A DNA stretch of 47,277 nucleotides, taken from an uncultured Bacilli bacterium (GTDB lineage Bacteria > Bacillota_I > Bacilli_A > RF39 > UBA660). A program made the translations under genes and the position numbers. The stretch's first letter is position 1, and each line of letters starts with the position of its first letter. This document shows positions 18,052 through 27,384 of this stretch, one piece after another. The stretch is from positions 1-47,277 of the forward strand of contig CALVYL010000003.1 in assembly GCA_944372215.1 (NCBI GenBank), written 5' to 3'. The notes below the pieces were generated by a model, which made no database searches, was not told the origin of the DNA, and worked only from the letters and a program-made list of their open reading frames with translations.

Positions 18052-18140
18052 TTTATAATATACCAAAAACTAAAATAAATTACAACTATTTATCTATATT
18101 TTCTAAAAAGTAGGACATAATAACCTTTAGGTGATATAAA

Positions 18141-20105
18141 TTGAAAAAGGTTCGTTTTCTATTTAAATTAATGCTTTTTGGATTTATATCTTTTATGGTA
18201 ATAATTATTGGATTATATACTTATGCTTATTTAAGTCCAAAATTAGATATTAAAACTAGTGGCAGTTTATATTTGTATGATAATAATAATGAACTTGTGT
18301 ATCAGGGTTCAAGAAATAATGAATGGGCAAATTTAGAAGATATAAGTGATTATTTAATAGATGCAACAATTGCTGTTGAAGATAAAAATTTTTATAAGCA
18401 TAATGGTTTTGATTATTTAAGAATTATTAAAGCTATGTATTTAAATATTAAAAGCGGGACAATAGTACAGGGAGCATCAACTATTTCTCAACAATATATT
18501 AAAAATTTATATTTAGATTTTGATCAAACTTGGGAAAGAAAAATTGAGGAAGCTTTTTTAACTTTAGAACTAGAGGTACATTATGAAAAAGATGAAATAC
18601 TTGAAGGTTATCTTAATACCATAAATTATGGGCAAGGAAATATGGGTATTGTTAGTGCTGCAGAATATTATTTTAATAAAAAGCCTAGTGAACTTACACT
18701 TGAAGAATCTATAATACTTGCAGGTATTTCTAAAAATCCAGCGAGATATAATCCTGTAAGTGATTATGATGCTTGTATAGCTAGAGCTAAAGTTGTTGCT
18801 AAGTCTATGCTAAATAATGAATACATTAATGAAGAAACTTATAATAGTTTATTTCAAAAGAAAATAGAAATTTATGGACAAAATAAAAGTAATAATTTAC
18901 AAATGCTTATGTATTTTCAGGATGCAGTTATGGATGAACTATCTAGCATTTCCGAAATACCAGAATCTTTAGTCAATGCCGGAGGCTTAAAAATTTATAC
19001 AACATTAGATATGGATATGCAAACTAATTTAGAAGAAAATATTTTGGAAAATCGTCCAGATAATGAAATTCAAGTGGCTAGTGTCGTGGTTGATCCAAAC
19101 ACTGGAGCAATTAGAGCCTTAACTGGTGGTATGGATTATGCAAAAAGTCAGTATAATAGGGCTACTGAAAGTAAAAGACAAGTTGGTTCCACAATGAAAC
19201 CTTTCCTTTATTATGCAGCCTTAGAAAATAATATGACTATGTCATCAACATTTTCCAGTGAACCAACAACATTTACTTTAGCAAACGGTCAAACCTATTC
19301 CCCACAAAATGCTGATGAATTATATGCTAACAAAGAAATTACTATGGCTGCGGCATTAGCTTTATCTGATAATGTTTATGCTGTAAAAACCAACTTATTT
19401 TTGGGAGTTGATAAAATGATTGAAATAGCTCATAGAACGGGAATAGAAGCTAATTTAGATGAGGTAACCTCTCTACCTTTAGGAACAAGCGAAATCAATT
19501 TACTAGACTTTGCTACCGGTTATACAACTTTTGCTACTGGTGGATATAAAAAAGACTTATATTTCATCGAAAAAGTTGAAGATTTGGAAGGTAATGTATT
19601 ATATGAACATAAACAAGAAAAAAAATTGGTGTTAAATCCCAATTATACTTACATATTAAATGAAATGATGAATACAACTAGTAATGATGCTTTCGTCGAT
19701 TATACAACACCAACAGCGTTAACTATAGCATCACAATTTACCAATAAATATGCTATTAAAACCGGTTCAACCAATACTGATTTTTGGATTGTTGGTTATA
19801 ATAAAGATGCTTTAGTTATGACTTGGATGGGATATGATGACAATCAAAATATTACCTCAAAAGTGCGCACTAATTCTAAAAAAGCTTGGGTTAAAACGAT
19901 TGAATATGCTTTAAAAGATATCGATACATCTTGGTATGAAACCCCAGAAAATGTTGTAGCTATTCCTCTTGATGCTATAACTGGAACAGTTACAACTGAT
20001 AACAATAAAGTTGCTTTATATTATTATGTTAAAGGTAGTGAACCAAGCATATTAAACGAACAATATGTTTCAAGTGAAAGCGGCAACGAAAAAAATACCG
20101 AATAG
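18141..20105 (+). CDS. Class A penicillin-binding protein (PbpG/PBP2d-like)
   Basis: GT51 motifs EDKNFYKHNG, GASTISQQ, RKIEE; transpeptidase motifs STMK, SDN, KTG. Confidence 0.93.
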   Translation: MKKVRFLFKLMLFGFISFMVIIIGLYTYAYLSPKLDIKTSGSLYLYDNNNELVYQGSRNNEWANLEDISDYLIDATIAVEDKNFYKHNGFDYLRIIKAMYLNIKSGTIVQGASTISQQYIKNLYLDFDQTWERKIEEAFLTLELEVHYEKDEILEGYLNTINYGQGNMGIVSAAEYYFNKKPSELTLEESIILAGISKNPARYNPVSDYDACIARAKVVAKSMLNNEYINEETYNSLFQKKIEIYGQNKSNNLQMLMYFQDAVMDELSSISEIPESLVNAGGLKIYTTLDMDMQTNLEENILENRPDNEIQVASVVVDPNTGAIRALTGGMDYAKSQYNRATESKRQVGSTMKPFLYYAALENNMTMSSTFSSEPTTFTLANGQTYSPQNADELYANKEITMAAALALSDNVYAVKTNLFLGVDKMIEIAHRTGIEANLDEVTSLPLGTSEINLLDFATGYTTFATGGYKKDLYFIEKVEDLEGNVLYEHKQEKKLVLNPNYTYILNEMMNTTSNDAFVDYTTPTALTIASQFTNKYAIKTGSTNTDFWIVGYNKDALVMTWMGYDDNQNITSKVRTNSKKAWVKTIEYALKDIDTSWYETPENVVAIPLDAITGTVTTDNNKVALYYYVKGSEPSILNEQYVSSESGNEKNTE

Positions 20106-20113
20106 GTATTTTT

Positions 20114-21409
20114 TTAAATTTTATCTTTTTTAATTTTAATGGTTATATGATATTCTGTTGGTAAGTTTATTTCTTCGATTGTTACTTTATCACTATCAAA
20201 ATTAAGTCCCCGGATTGTTTTAATTACACTATCTAAATACTCATTATTCATAATTGTTGTATCCGGTTTAGTTTCTACTGGTATTACAAAATCATCAAGC
20301 ATTTCAATATTGTCTGTTTGATTTAATGGATCTTGGACTGATGCAACAGGCATTGGTGTTGCTTCATGGGTTGGTTCAGGACTATCGAAATCTAAATTAG
20401 CTGCAGTAGCTTCTAAAAAATTAAAAAATTTATTAGGAGCCTTGTCTGGTTGACTATTAAATAAATTTGTTGTATTGGTTGCTTCTTTAATATTCATTTC
20501 ATTACCTCTCTGATCTACATTGCTATTAATATCCATAGCATTTTTTATTATATCTTCGATATTTGGAACGCTTTTAACCAAAGGTATATCATCATCGTCA
20601 GCTCCTTTGATATCAGAAGGGGCTTGTTCTTCTTGTGATGGTTGATTATTAGTTATATTGTTTTGATGCGTATTTTCAACTGAATTTACCGAAGGGGCAA
20701 CGTTTTCTTGAGAAACCTCATTAACAGGAGTTGGTGGTTTCATGTGCATTGGATCAGGAATGTCACTAACAGTTGGAACTTTTTCTGGTTGTTGTGGTTC
20801 CGCTAGTACCTTTTTAATTTCTTCTTCTAAATCTCTAACAGTAAGCCTTTCATTAATAATCTTATCTAATAATATTTTTTGAATATTTTTATCTTTAACT
20901 TTCAATAAACTACGGGCATGTCTTTCCGAAATTTGATTCTTTAAAACAGCATTTTGAACGGATTCATCTAAAGTTAAAAGTCTTAATTTATTAGAAATAG
21001 CTGATTGAGATAAACCCATTTTTTTGGCTAATTCTTCTTGAGTCATATATCCTTTATCTAAAATCGCTTGATAAGATTTAGCTTCTTCTATTGCCGATAA
21101 ATCTTTTCTTTGAACATTTTCGACAATAGCGACCTCAGCTGATGCAGAATCACTTAAATTAGATATAATCGCCGGAACAGATACTAAGCCCGCCATCCTA
21201 GCCGCTTTATATCTTCTTTCTCCAGCAATAATTTCATATTTATCATTTTTTCTTCTTAATATCAATGGTTGAATTATGCCATGTTGTTTAATAGATGCCG
21301 CTAGGTCTTGAAGAGAATCATCATCAAAAGCCAATCGTGGTTGGAAACGATTGGGTAATATATCTTCAATAGGCACTTGTAATATTTGTTCTTCCATTTG
21401 TGTATTCAC
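20114..21409 (-). CDS. noc: Noc-type ParB-family protein with a long acidic insertion
   Basis: PNRFQPR, GERR; HTH SQSAISNKLRLL and SERHAR (Noc-type Q/K/R residues); Noc-like C-end EYHITIKIKK; directly after rsmG. Confidence 0.8.
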   Translation of the reverse strand: MNTQMEEQILQVPIEDILPNRFQPRLAFDDDSLQDLAASIKQHGIIQPLILRRKNDKYEIIAGERRYKAARMAGLVSVPAIISNLSDSASAEVAIVENVQRKDLSAIEEAKSYQAILDKGYMTQEELAKKMGLSQSAISNKLRLLTLDESVQNAVLKNQISERHARSLLKVKDKNIQKILLDKIINERLTVRDLEEEIKKVLAEPQQPEKVPTVSDIPDPMHMKPPTPVNEVSQENVAPSVNSVENTHQNNITNNQPSQEEQAPSDIKGADDDDIPLVKSVPNIEDIIKNAMDINSNVDQRGNEMNIKEATNTTNLFNSQPDKAPNKFFNFLEATAANLDFDSPEPTHEATPMPVASVQDPLNQTDNIEMLDDFVIPVETKPDTTIMNNEYLDSVIKTIRGLNFDSDKVTIEEINLPTEYHITIKIKKDKI

Positions 21410-21445
21410 ATAAATCAACCCTTTATTATCACTTATAATTTTATA

Positions 21446-22165
21446 CTATTTAATTCTTTTTTGCAATGGCTTTTTAATAATTTTATCATAAGAACGAAGA
21501 TTTTTTATATCTGTTGCTTGATTTTTTTTGATACTAATCAAAGTTCTAATACCGGAATTTTTATATAAATCAAAGGTAATAATTTTATCAATACTACAAT
21601 TTAAATAATTTATAGCGTATAAACTATTATCTAATTCTTCTTCGGCATTTCCTTTCATGGCAATAAAGTGTTTATTTACAGCAACTAAAGGTATTGCCAG
21701 TTCACTTAAGACTACTAAATTAGTAACAGCCCTAGCTGTAACAACATCAATTTTATTTAAAAATTCTGGAGTTATATTTTCAATTCTGTTGTTAATAATT
21801 TCTATGTTATCAACATTTATTTCATCTTTTAAGATATTTAAAAATTTAGTTTTTTTATTATTAGAATCAACTAAATATACTTTTAAATGAGGAAAAAATA
21901 TTTTCAAAACCATACCAGGAAATCCTGCACCAGAGCCAATATCCAGTAATGTATTCTCTTGATTTAAATCGATAATTTTCGTTAAAGTAAGAGAATCATA
22001 AAAATGTTTTAAATATATATCTTCAGTAACTTTTATAGCTGTTAAATTGGTATGTGAATTGTATTCCAATAAAAAATGACAATATTTATCTAATTTTTCT
22101 AGCATATCCTCGGTAAAATTAATATTTAATTTTTTTATTTCTTTGATAAGTTCTTCTTTATTCAT
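21446..22165 (-). CDS. rsmG: 16S rRNA m7G527 methyltransferase
   Basis: NLTAI, KHFYDSL, DIGSGAGFPG, TARAV. Confidence 0.97.
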   Translation of the reverse strand: MNKEELIKEIKKLNINFTEDMLEKLDKYCHFLLEYNSHTNLTAIKVTEDIYLKHFYDSLTLTKIIDLNQENTLLDIGSGAGFPGMVLKIFFPHLKVYLVDSNNKKTKFLNILKDEINVDNIEIINNRIENITPEFLNKIDVVTARAVTNLVVLSELAIPLVAVNKHFIAMKGNAEEELDNSLYAINYLNCSIDKIITFDLYKNSGIRTLISIKKNQATDIKNLRSYDKIIKKPLQKRIK

Positions 22166-24026
22166 TATTATATTCCTTCTTTAAATAAATTGATAAAACT
22201 GATATATCTACTGGATTAACTCCACTAATTCGGGATGCTTGAGCTATTGTTTTTGGTCTTACAATACTCAATTTTTGTCTTGCTTCACTAGCTAAATTAT
22301 GCACTTTATTATAATCAATATCTTCGGGAATCTCTTTTTCTTCTAATTTTTCTAATTTTTCAACCTCTTTATAAGCTTTATTAATATACCCTTCATATTT
22401 AACCATAATTTCTACTTGTTCTTTTATTTCTTCACTATAATCTAATGGTATTAATTGAGAAATAAATTCTAAAGTAATTTCTGGTCTTTTTAACAAATCA
22501 TAATAACTTATATTAGCCGTAGGAATATTTTTATTAAATTTAGTAAATATTTTTATTGTTTCATTATTTTTACTAATATGATTTTCTTTTAAATACTTAA
22601 TTAATCCGTTTATTTTTTGTTTTTTATTAATTAACTTTTGATATTGTGATTCATTTATTGCACCTATTTTATAAGCATATTCTCTAAGTCTTAAATCAGC
22701 ATTATCATGTCTTAAAATAAGGCGAAATTCTGCTCTACTTGTTAGCATTCGATATGGTTCAATTGTTCCTTTAGTTACTAAGTCGTCGATTAAGACACCG
22801 ATATAGGCATCACTTCTTTTTAAAATTAAAGGATCTTTACCATCTATTTTTAAAACAGCATTAATACCAGCGATAATTCCTTGGCCAGCCGCTTCCTCAT
22901 AGCCGGAGGTACCATTTATTTGGCCAGCCGTAAATAGATTTTCTAAGACTTTATTTTCTAGTGATGGTTTAATTTGCAAAGGATCAATAGCATCATATTC
23001 AATAGCATAGGCATATTTAGTAATTACAGCATTTTCTAATCCATGTAAACTATGAACCATCTTCTCTTGAACATCTCTTGGCATGCTAGTCGAAAAACCT
23101 TGAAGATAGTAATCATCATAATATAAAGATTCTGGTTCTAAAAATAATTGATGACGTGGTTTATCAGCAAATCTTACTATTTTATCTTCAATTGATGGGC
23201 AATATCTTGGACCTACACCAGTTGCAAACCCGCCATACATTGCTGATTTTTCTAAATTATCCCGAATTATTTGATGAGTATTTTCATTAGTATAAACTAA
23301 ATAACATGGTACTTGATCTTCAATTTTATAACTAGGCTCATAATCAAAACTAAAAGTCCAATAATGATTATCACCATCTTCTCTTTGTAAAACACTAAAA
23401 TCGATAGAATCTTTTTTTATTCTTTGCGGAGTTCCAGTTTTCAAACGAATTATTTTTAAACCATATTCTTTTAATTTATCCGATAAATAATTGCTTCTTG
23501 CCTCACCATGAGGTCCACTTGGAGTATTTTCACTACCTATTAAAATATTACCTTTAAGGTAAGTTCCTGTTGTTAAAATAACAGTTTTACTATATATTTT
23601 TTCACCAGTACTAGTGATAACTCCGCGAGTCTTGTTATCTTCAACAATTAAATCTTCAATCATGGTTTCTTTTATTGTTAAATTTTTAGTTTCTTTTAGT
23701 GTTTCTTGCATCATTTTAGGATAAGTTATTTTATCCGCTTGGGCTCTTAACGATCTTACAGCTGGACCTTTAGAATTATTGAGCATTTTTATTTGAATTT
23801 GGCTAATATCGGCGATATGGCCCATAAGGCCTCCAAGAGCATCTATTTCGCGAACAATTATCCCTTTAGCAGTACCTCCGATAGATGGATTACAAGGCAT
23901 ATCACCAACATTTTTAAAATTGGCAGTTACTAAAAGCGTATTTTTCCCCATCTTGGCGGCGATATGACACGCTTCAATTCCAGCATGACCTCCACCTACT
24001 ACAATACAATCATACATATTTTTCAC
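22158..24026 (-). CDS. mnmG: tRNA uridine-5-carboxymethylaminomethyl modification enzyme GidA
   Basis: VVGGGHAGIEA, CNPSIGG, GPRYCPSIEDK, GQINGTSGYEEAA. Confidence 0.98.
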   Translation of the reverse strand: MKNMYDCIVVGGGHAGIEACHIAAKMGKNTLLVTANFKNVGDMPCNPSIGGTAKGIIVREIDALGGLMGHIADISQIQIKMLNNSKGPAVRSLRAQADKITYPKMMQETLKETKNLTIKETMIEDLIVEDNKTRGVITSTGEKIYSKTVILTTGTYLKGNILIGSENTPSGPHGEARSNYLSDKLKEYGLKIIRLKTGTPQRIKKDSIDFSVLQREDGDNHYWTFSFDYEPSYKIEDQVPCYLVYTNENTHQIIRDNLEKSAMYGGFATGVGPRYCPSIEDKIVRFADKPRHQLFLEPESLYYDDYYLQGFSTSMPRDVQEKMVHSLHGLENAVITKYAYAIEYDAIDPLQIKPSLENKVLENLFTAGQINGTSGYEEAAGQGIIAGINAVLKIDGKDPLILKRSDAYIGVLIDDLVTKGTIEPYRMLTSRAEFRLILRHDNADLRLREYAYKIGAINESQYQKLINKKQKINGLIKYLKENHISKNNETIKIFTKFNKNIPTANISYYDLLKRPEITLEFISQLIPLDYSEEIKEQVEIMVKYEGYINKAYKEVEKLEKLEEKEIPEDIDYNKVHNLASEARQKLSIVRPKTIAQASRISGVNPVDISVLSIYLKKEYNNE

Positions 24027-25376
24027 CTACTTTCCTAAACAAAAATTACTAAATATATTATCAACTAATTCATCTTCATAGGAATCTCCAATTATTTCAC
24101 CAAGATATTCCCAAGCACTTTTTAAATCTATTTCAATTACATCAACTGGCATATTATTTTTTAAACTATTATAAGCATTTTTTAAAGCTTCATTTGCTTT
24201 ATTTACTAAGGTTATGCCTCGAACATTAGATAAATAAGACATATCTTTATTAACAATACTATCTAATTTTAACTTATCTTTAATAGCTATTAATAACTTA
24301 TCTAAACCATTATCAGTTACTGTATTTCCCAAAATTATTTCCCGGGAAATATTTCCCAAGTTTATTTTTTGTTCTAAATCGGATTTATTTACAAAAACAA
24401 TTAATTTTTCAGAATCTAAATTTCCCATAATTTCTAGCTCTTCAGGGCTAATTTCTTCATTATTATTTAATACATAAATAATAATATCAGCAGAATTTGC
24501 TACACTCTTACTTTTATCTACACCTATTTTTTCAACAATATCATCAGTTGCTCTTATCCCTGCCGTATCGATAAAATTTAGGGCCACACCATTTAGAGTA
24601 ATTGTACCTTCAACTATATCTCTAGTTGTACCAGGTATATTAGTAACTATTGCTTTTTCTTCATCTAACAAATGATTTAAAATACTACTCTTACCAACGT
24701 TTGGTTTACCAATTATAGCAACATTTACTCCATTTTTTATTATTCGACCATTTTTAGCACCACTAACTAAATTATCTAATTCTTTACTTATATCCACCAA
24801 GTATTTATCTAATAATTCATGAGTAACCTCAAGTTCATCAGTATATTCTGGATAGTCAATGTTTACCTCAATATTTGATAAAATCTTAACTATTTTTTCG
24901 CGGATATTTCTTATTTTATTAGTCAATATGCCATCAACATTATTTATAGCCAATGTTCTAGCAGCATCAGTTTTAGCAATAATTAAATCATTTACCGATT
25001 CCGCTTCTAAAAGGTTGATTCGTCCATTTAGAAATGCTCTTTTGGTAAATTCACCAGGTTCAGCAAGTCTAGCACCATTATTAATCAATAATTCCAGAAT
25101 TTTTTCTGTAGTACTAATTCCCCCATGACAATTTATTTCAACTGTATCTTCAGTTGTATATGTTTTAGGTTTTCGCATTAACATTACTAAACATTCATCA
25201 ATAACTTGATCATTATCAACAATATGACCATAATGAATGGTATGAGTTTCTTTATCACTAAGTTTGCCACTAAATATTTTTTCAACTATTTCTATTGCTT
25301 CTGGTCCAGTTATTCTAACAATAGATATAGCACCAATACCAATAGATGTTGAAATAGCACATATAGTATCATTCAT
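24027..25376 (-). CDS. mnmE: tRNA modification GTPase
   Basis: GEFTKRAFLNG, GKPNVGKSS, GTTRD, DTAG, FCLGK. Confidence 0.98.
   Translation of the reverse strand: MNDTICAISTSIGIGAISIVRITGPEAIEIVEKIFSGKLSDKETHTIHYGHIVDNDQVIDECLVMLMRKPKTYTTEDTVEINCHGGISTTEKILELLINNGARLAEPGEFTKRAFLNGRINLLEAESVNDLIIAKTDAARTLAINNVDGILTNKIRNIREKIVKILSNIEVNIDYPEYTDELEVTHELLDKYLVDISKELDNLVSGAKNGRIIKNGVNVAIIGKPNVGKSSILNHLLDEEKAIVTNIPGTTRDIVEGTITLNGVALNFIDTAGIRATDDIVEKIGVDKSKSVANSADIIIYVLNNNEEISPEELEIMGNLDSEKLIVFVNKSDLEQKINLGNISREIILGNTVTDNGLDKLLIAIKDKLKLDSIVNKDMSYLSNVRGITLVNKANEALKNAYNSLKNNMPVDVIEIDLKSAWEYLGEIIGDSYEDELVDNIFSNFCLGK
24336..24351. promoter_or_regulatory. Noc-binding site (NBS) inside mnmE
   Basis: TATTTCCCGGGAAATA palindrome containing the B. 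subtilis NBS consensus ATTTCCCGGGAAAT. Confidence 0.75.
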
Positions 25377-25415
25377 ATAAAAATACTCCCTTCAACGGGA
25401 GTATTATATCACAAA

Positions 25416-26930
25416 TTACGCAATTCTAAAAGGGTCAGATTCTGTACCAGTACCAGAGCTATATAAAACATCTGATGTCAGATAAAAGACTGGACGTACC
25501 GCAAGCATAATGCCGCTCACGCTGGCATTGACATTGACAACGCCAGTGCTGATCACATTGAACGCAAAGTAAATGTCACTTGAACTAGGGGAAATTGTCC
25601 ATTCAAAAAGTCCCATATGCATCCAATTATTACTAGTTATTGATGAACTATCGTATGAACTCATATTTGATGTCCAAGCACTCGGACTTGCTGCAAAACC
25701 GTAGTCACTTACATACATTAAGCCGATTTTTCCTCTCCATGTTGTTCCTGTACTTTCGGAATCTTGAAATACTGCTGGCGTTGCATTAATATTTATGTAT
25801 CCGTTGACATACCATGTTGCATTGTCAATCTTTCCTTGCCATGTTGAACTTATACTGTTCAAAAATGTTGAATTTAAATTTGTTGTTGTTAAACTACTGC
25901 TACTCCATGTATTTGTTCCACTTGGATTCCAGTAATATACTCCTATTGATGATATACTTTGATTTCCTTTATAATAGCTCTCATCCCATCCCGCACCAGA
26001 ATAAGTGTTATAATATGCTCCGCCTGTGCCTGTTTGGCTGGTTGTTGGATAATCCGCCATGATTAGTTTTACTTGGTTGCCAAAAACTCCGATTATTCGG
26101 TATAAGTTATCATTTGGACAAGTCTCTTCAACAGTACCGAAACAAACATAGTTGTTTGGATTAGCTCCACTATATCTGTAGGAATTATCTCCAGCTTCTT
26201 GATCTGCATTTGTATATGTACCTTCTCCATCATGATAATATAAACCATTGACTCCGTCTTCTGTATATACATTTTCAATTATATAACTAGCCAAAGTATA
26301 TCTTGGTTCTTTGGATAAAATTATCTCTCCTTCTAAAGTTTTACCGCCATTTTCATATTGATTTGTATCTAAATTGATAAACGATACTGTAAATGTCCAA
26401 TCTTGGACTGTATCAGTTGTACTTGAATTAGATGTTATTAAATATTCTTCTGCTATAGTATATAACCCACTTTTAGTTGTAATATCAAATCCTCCGAGTG
26501 ATTCAACATAAGTTAAACCATTAACAGATGTAACTGGACTACCGGTTGGATCTGTTATTGTAAGGATTATTTCTGGTTTTTGATCAGTAGTCGTATAAAT
26601 ATAGTTATTAGAGTTTATTTGAAAATAAACATAGTAATTGTAAGTTGCTATATCATTTGTGGAATTGGCTATTAAACTTGCAGTTCCTACCGCCGTATCA
26701 GTTAAATTATTTCCACCTTCTACTACATTAAATTGATTTGGATTTAAAACTATTTCTTTATCAACATTAAATTGTAAGTTATCCACAGTATCGCTTGACA
26801 AATTAACATTTTCACTTGCTCCAGTAGATAATTGAGCTATTATGTAAGCTAGTGTTGTGCCAACACATAGTAGTAATACCGCAATAATTATTAATACTAT
26901 TCTTTTTTTAGCATCTAAGTTTTGTTCCAT
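25416..26930 (-). CDS. Exported surface protein with a C-terminal CLec-like (DUF6273-like) domain; probable DGR target
   Basis: N-terminal signal ending GTTLAY; IGLMYVSDYGFA; WTISP...AFNV...G.V...AVRPVFYL C-terminus. Confidence 0.65.
   Translation of the reverse strand: MEQNLDAKKRIVLIIIAVLLLCVGTTLAYIIAQLSTGASENVNLSSDTVDNLQFNVDKEIVLNPNQFNVVEGGNNLTDTAVGTASLIANSTNDIATYNYYVYFQINSNNYIYTTTDQKPEIILTITDPTGSPVTSVNGLTYVESLGGFDITTKSGLYTIAEEYLITSNSSTTDTVQDWTFTVSFINLDTNQYENGGKTLEGEIILSKEPRYTLASYIIENVYTEDGVNGLYYHDGEGTYTNADQEAGDNSYRYSGANPNNYVCFGTVEETCPNDNLYRIIGVFGNQVKLIMADYPTTSQTGTGGAYYNTYSGAGWDESYYKGNQSISSIGVYYWNPSGTNTWSSSSLTTTNLNSTFLNSISSTWQGKIDNATWYVNGYININATPAVFQDSESTGTTWRGKIGLMYVSDYGFAASPSAWTSNMSSYDSSSITSNNWMHMGLFEWTISPSSSDIYFAFNVISTGVVNVNASVSGIMLAVRPVFYLTSDVLYSSGTGTESDPFRIA
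25488..25601 (-). other. Putative DGR variable region (VR)
   Basis: NNC/NNT codons between fixed GCG TTC AAT GTG, GGC, GTC, GTG and GCG GTA CGT CCA; 31/60 G+C at 25501-25560 in an AT-rich genome. Confidence 0.6.
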
Positions 26931-27045
26931 AATTTTCCTCCTATTATTAAGATATCATACTTTTAAGAATTGTGCAACATATGTATTACTTTTGTGTTTC
27001 TTGTTTTACATGCATTTTGTATTATGATATTTATGGAGGTATCTT

Positions 27046-27255
27046 ATGACTGGTTTTAGATTAAAAGAAGATAAGTATGAAACAGAAAATAAAAGTATTA
27101 GATTTCCAGTTCCATTAATTGAAAGAATAGAAAAAAACATAGAAAGTAAAGCAACTAATTTTTCTAGTTTTGTTATTCAAGCATGTGAGTATGCTTTAGA
27201 TAATATGGAAGATATTGATAATGATAATAAATATAACAAAAGTGAAAAAATATAG
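27046..27255 (+). CDS. Small ribbon-helix-helix DNA-binding protein
   Basis: ENKSIRFPVPLIERIE...FSSFVIQACEYAL pattern; GGAGGT SD. Confidence 0.75.
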   Translation: MTGFRLKEDKYETENKSIRFPVPLIERIEKNIESKATNFSSFVIQACEYALDNMEDIDNDNKYNKSEKI

Positions 27256-27261
27256 ATAAAT

Positions 27262-27336
27262 AATGCACAGTCATTGTGCAAAAATTAACTTTTTTTATTA
27301 AAAATGCACATTATTTTCAAAATATTGTGCATTTTT
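27262..27336. repeat. 75-bp direct repeat, left of the Fic gene
   Basis: 72/75 identical to 28474-28548; contains TGCACA-N5-TGTGCA and TGCACA-N15-TGTGCA. Confidence 0.93.
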
Positions 27337-27384
27337 ACTTTATATTTTGGTTTTAGTATGTTAAAATTAGTTGAGGTGGATTAA

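Larger units (their letters stand above)
17755..18086. repeat. Tandem ~365-bp locus, copy 2
   Basis: Same elements as copy 1, offset by 365-367 bp. Confidence 0.92.

Noticed and set aside
20114-21409. Spo0J/ParB that binds the parS array
   Set aside because: HTH residues and the C-terminus are Noc-type, and it occupies the noc position after rsmG
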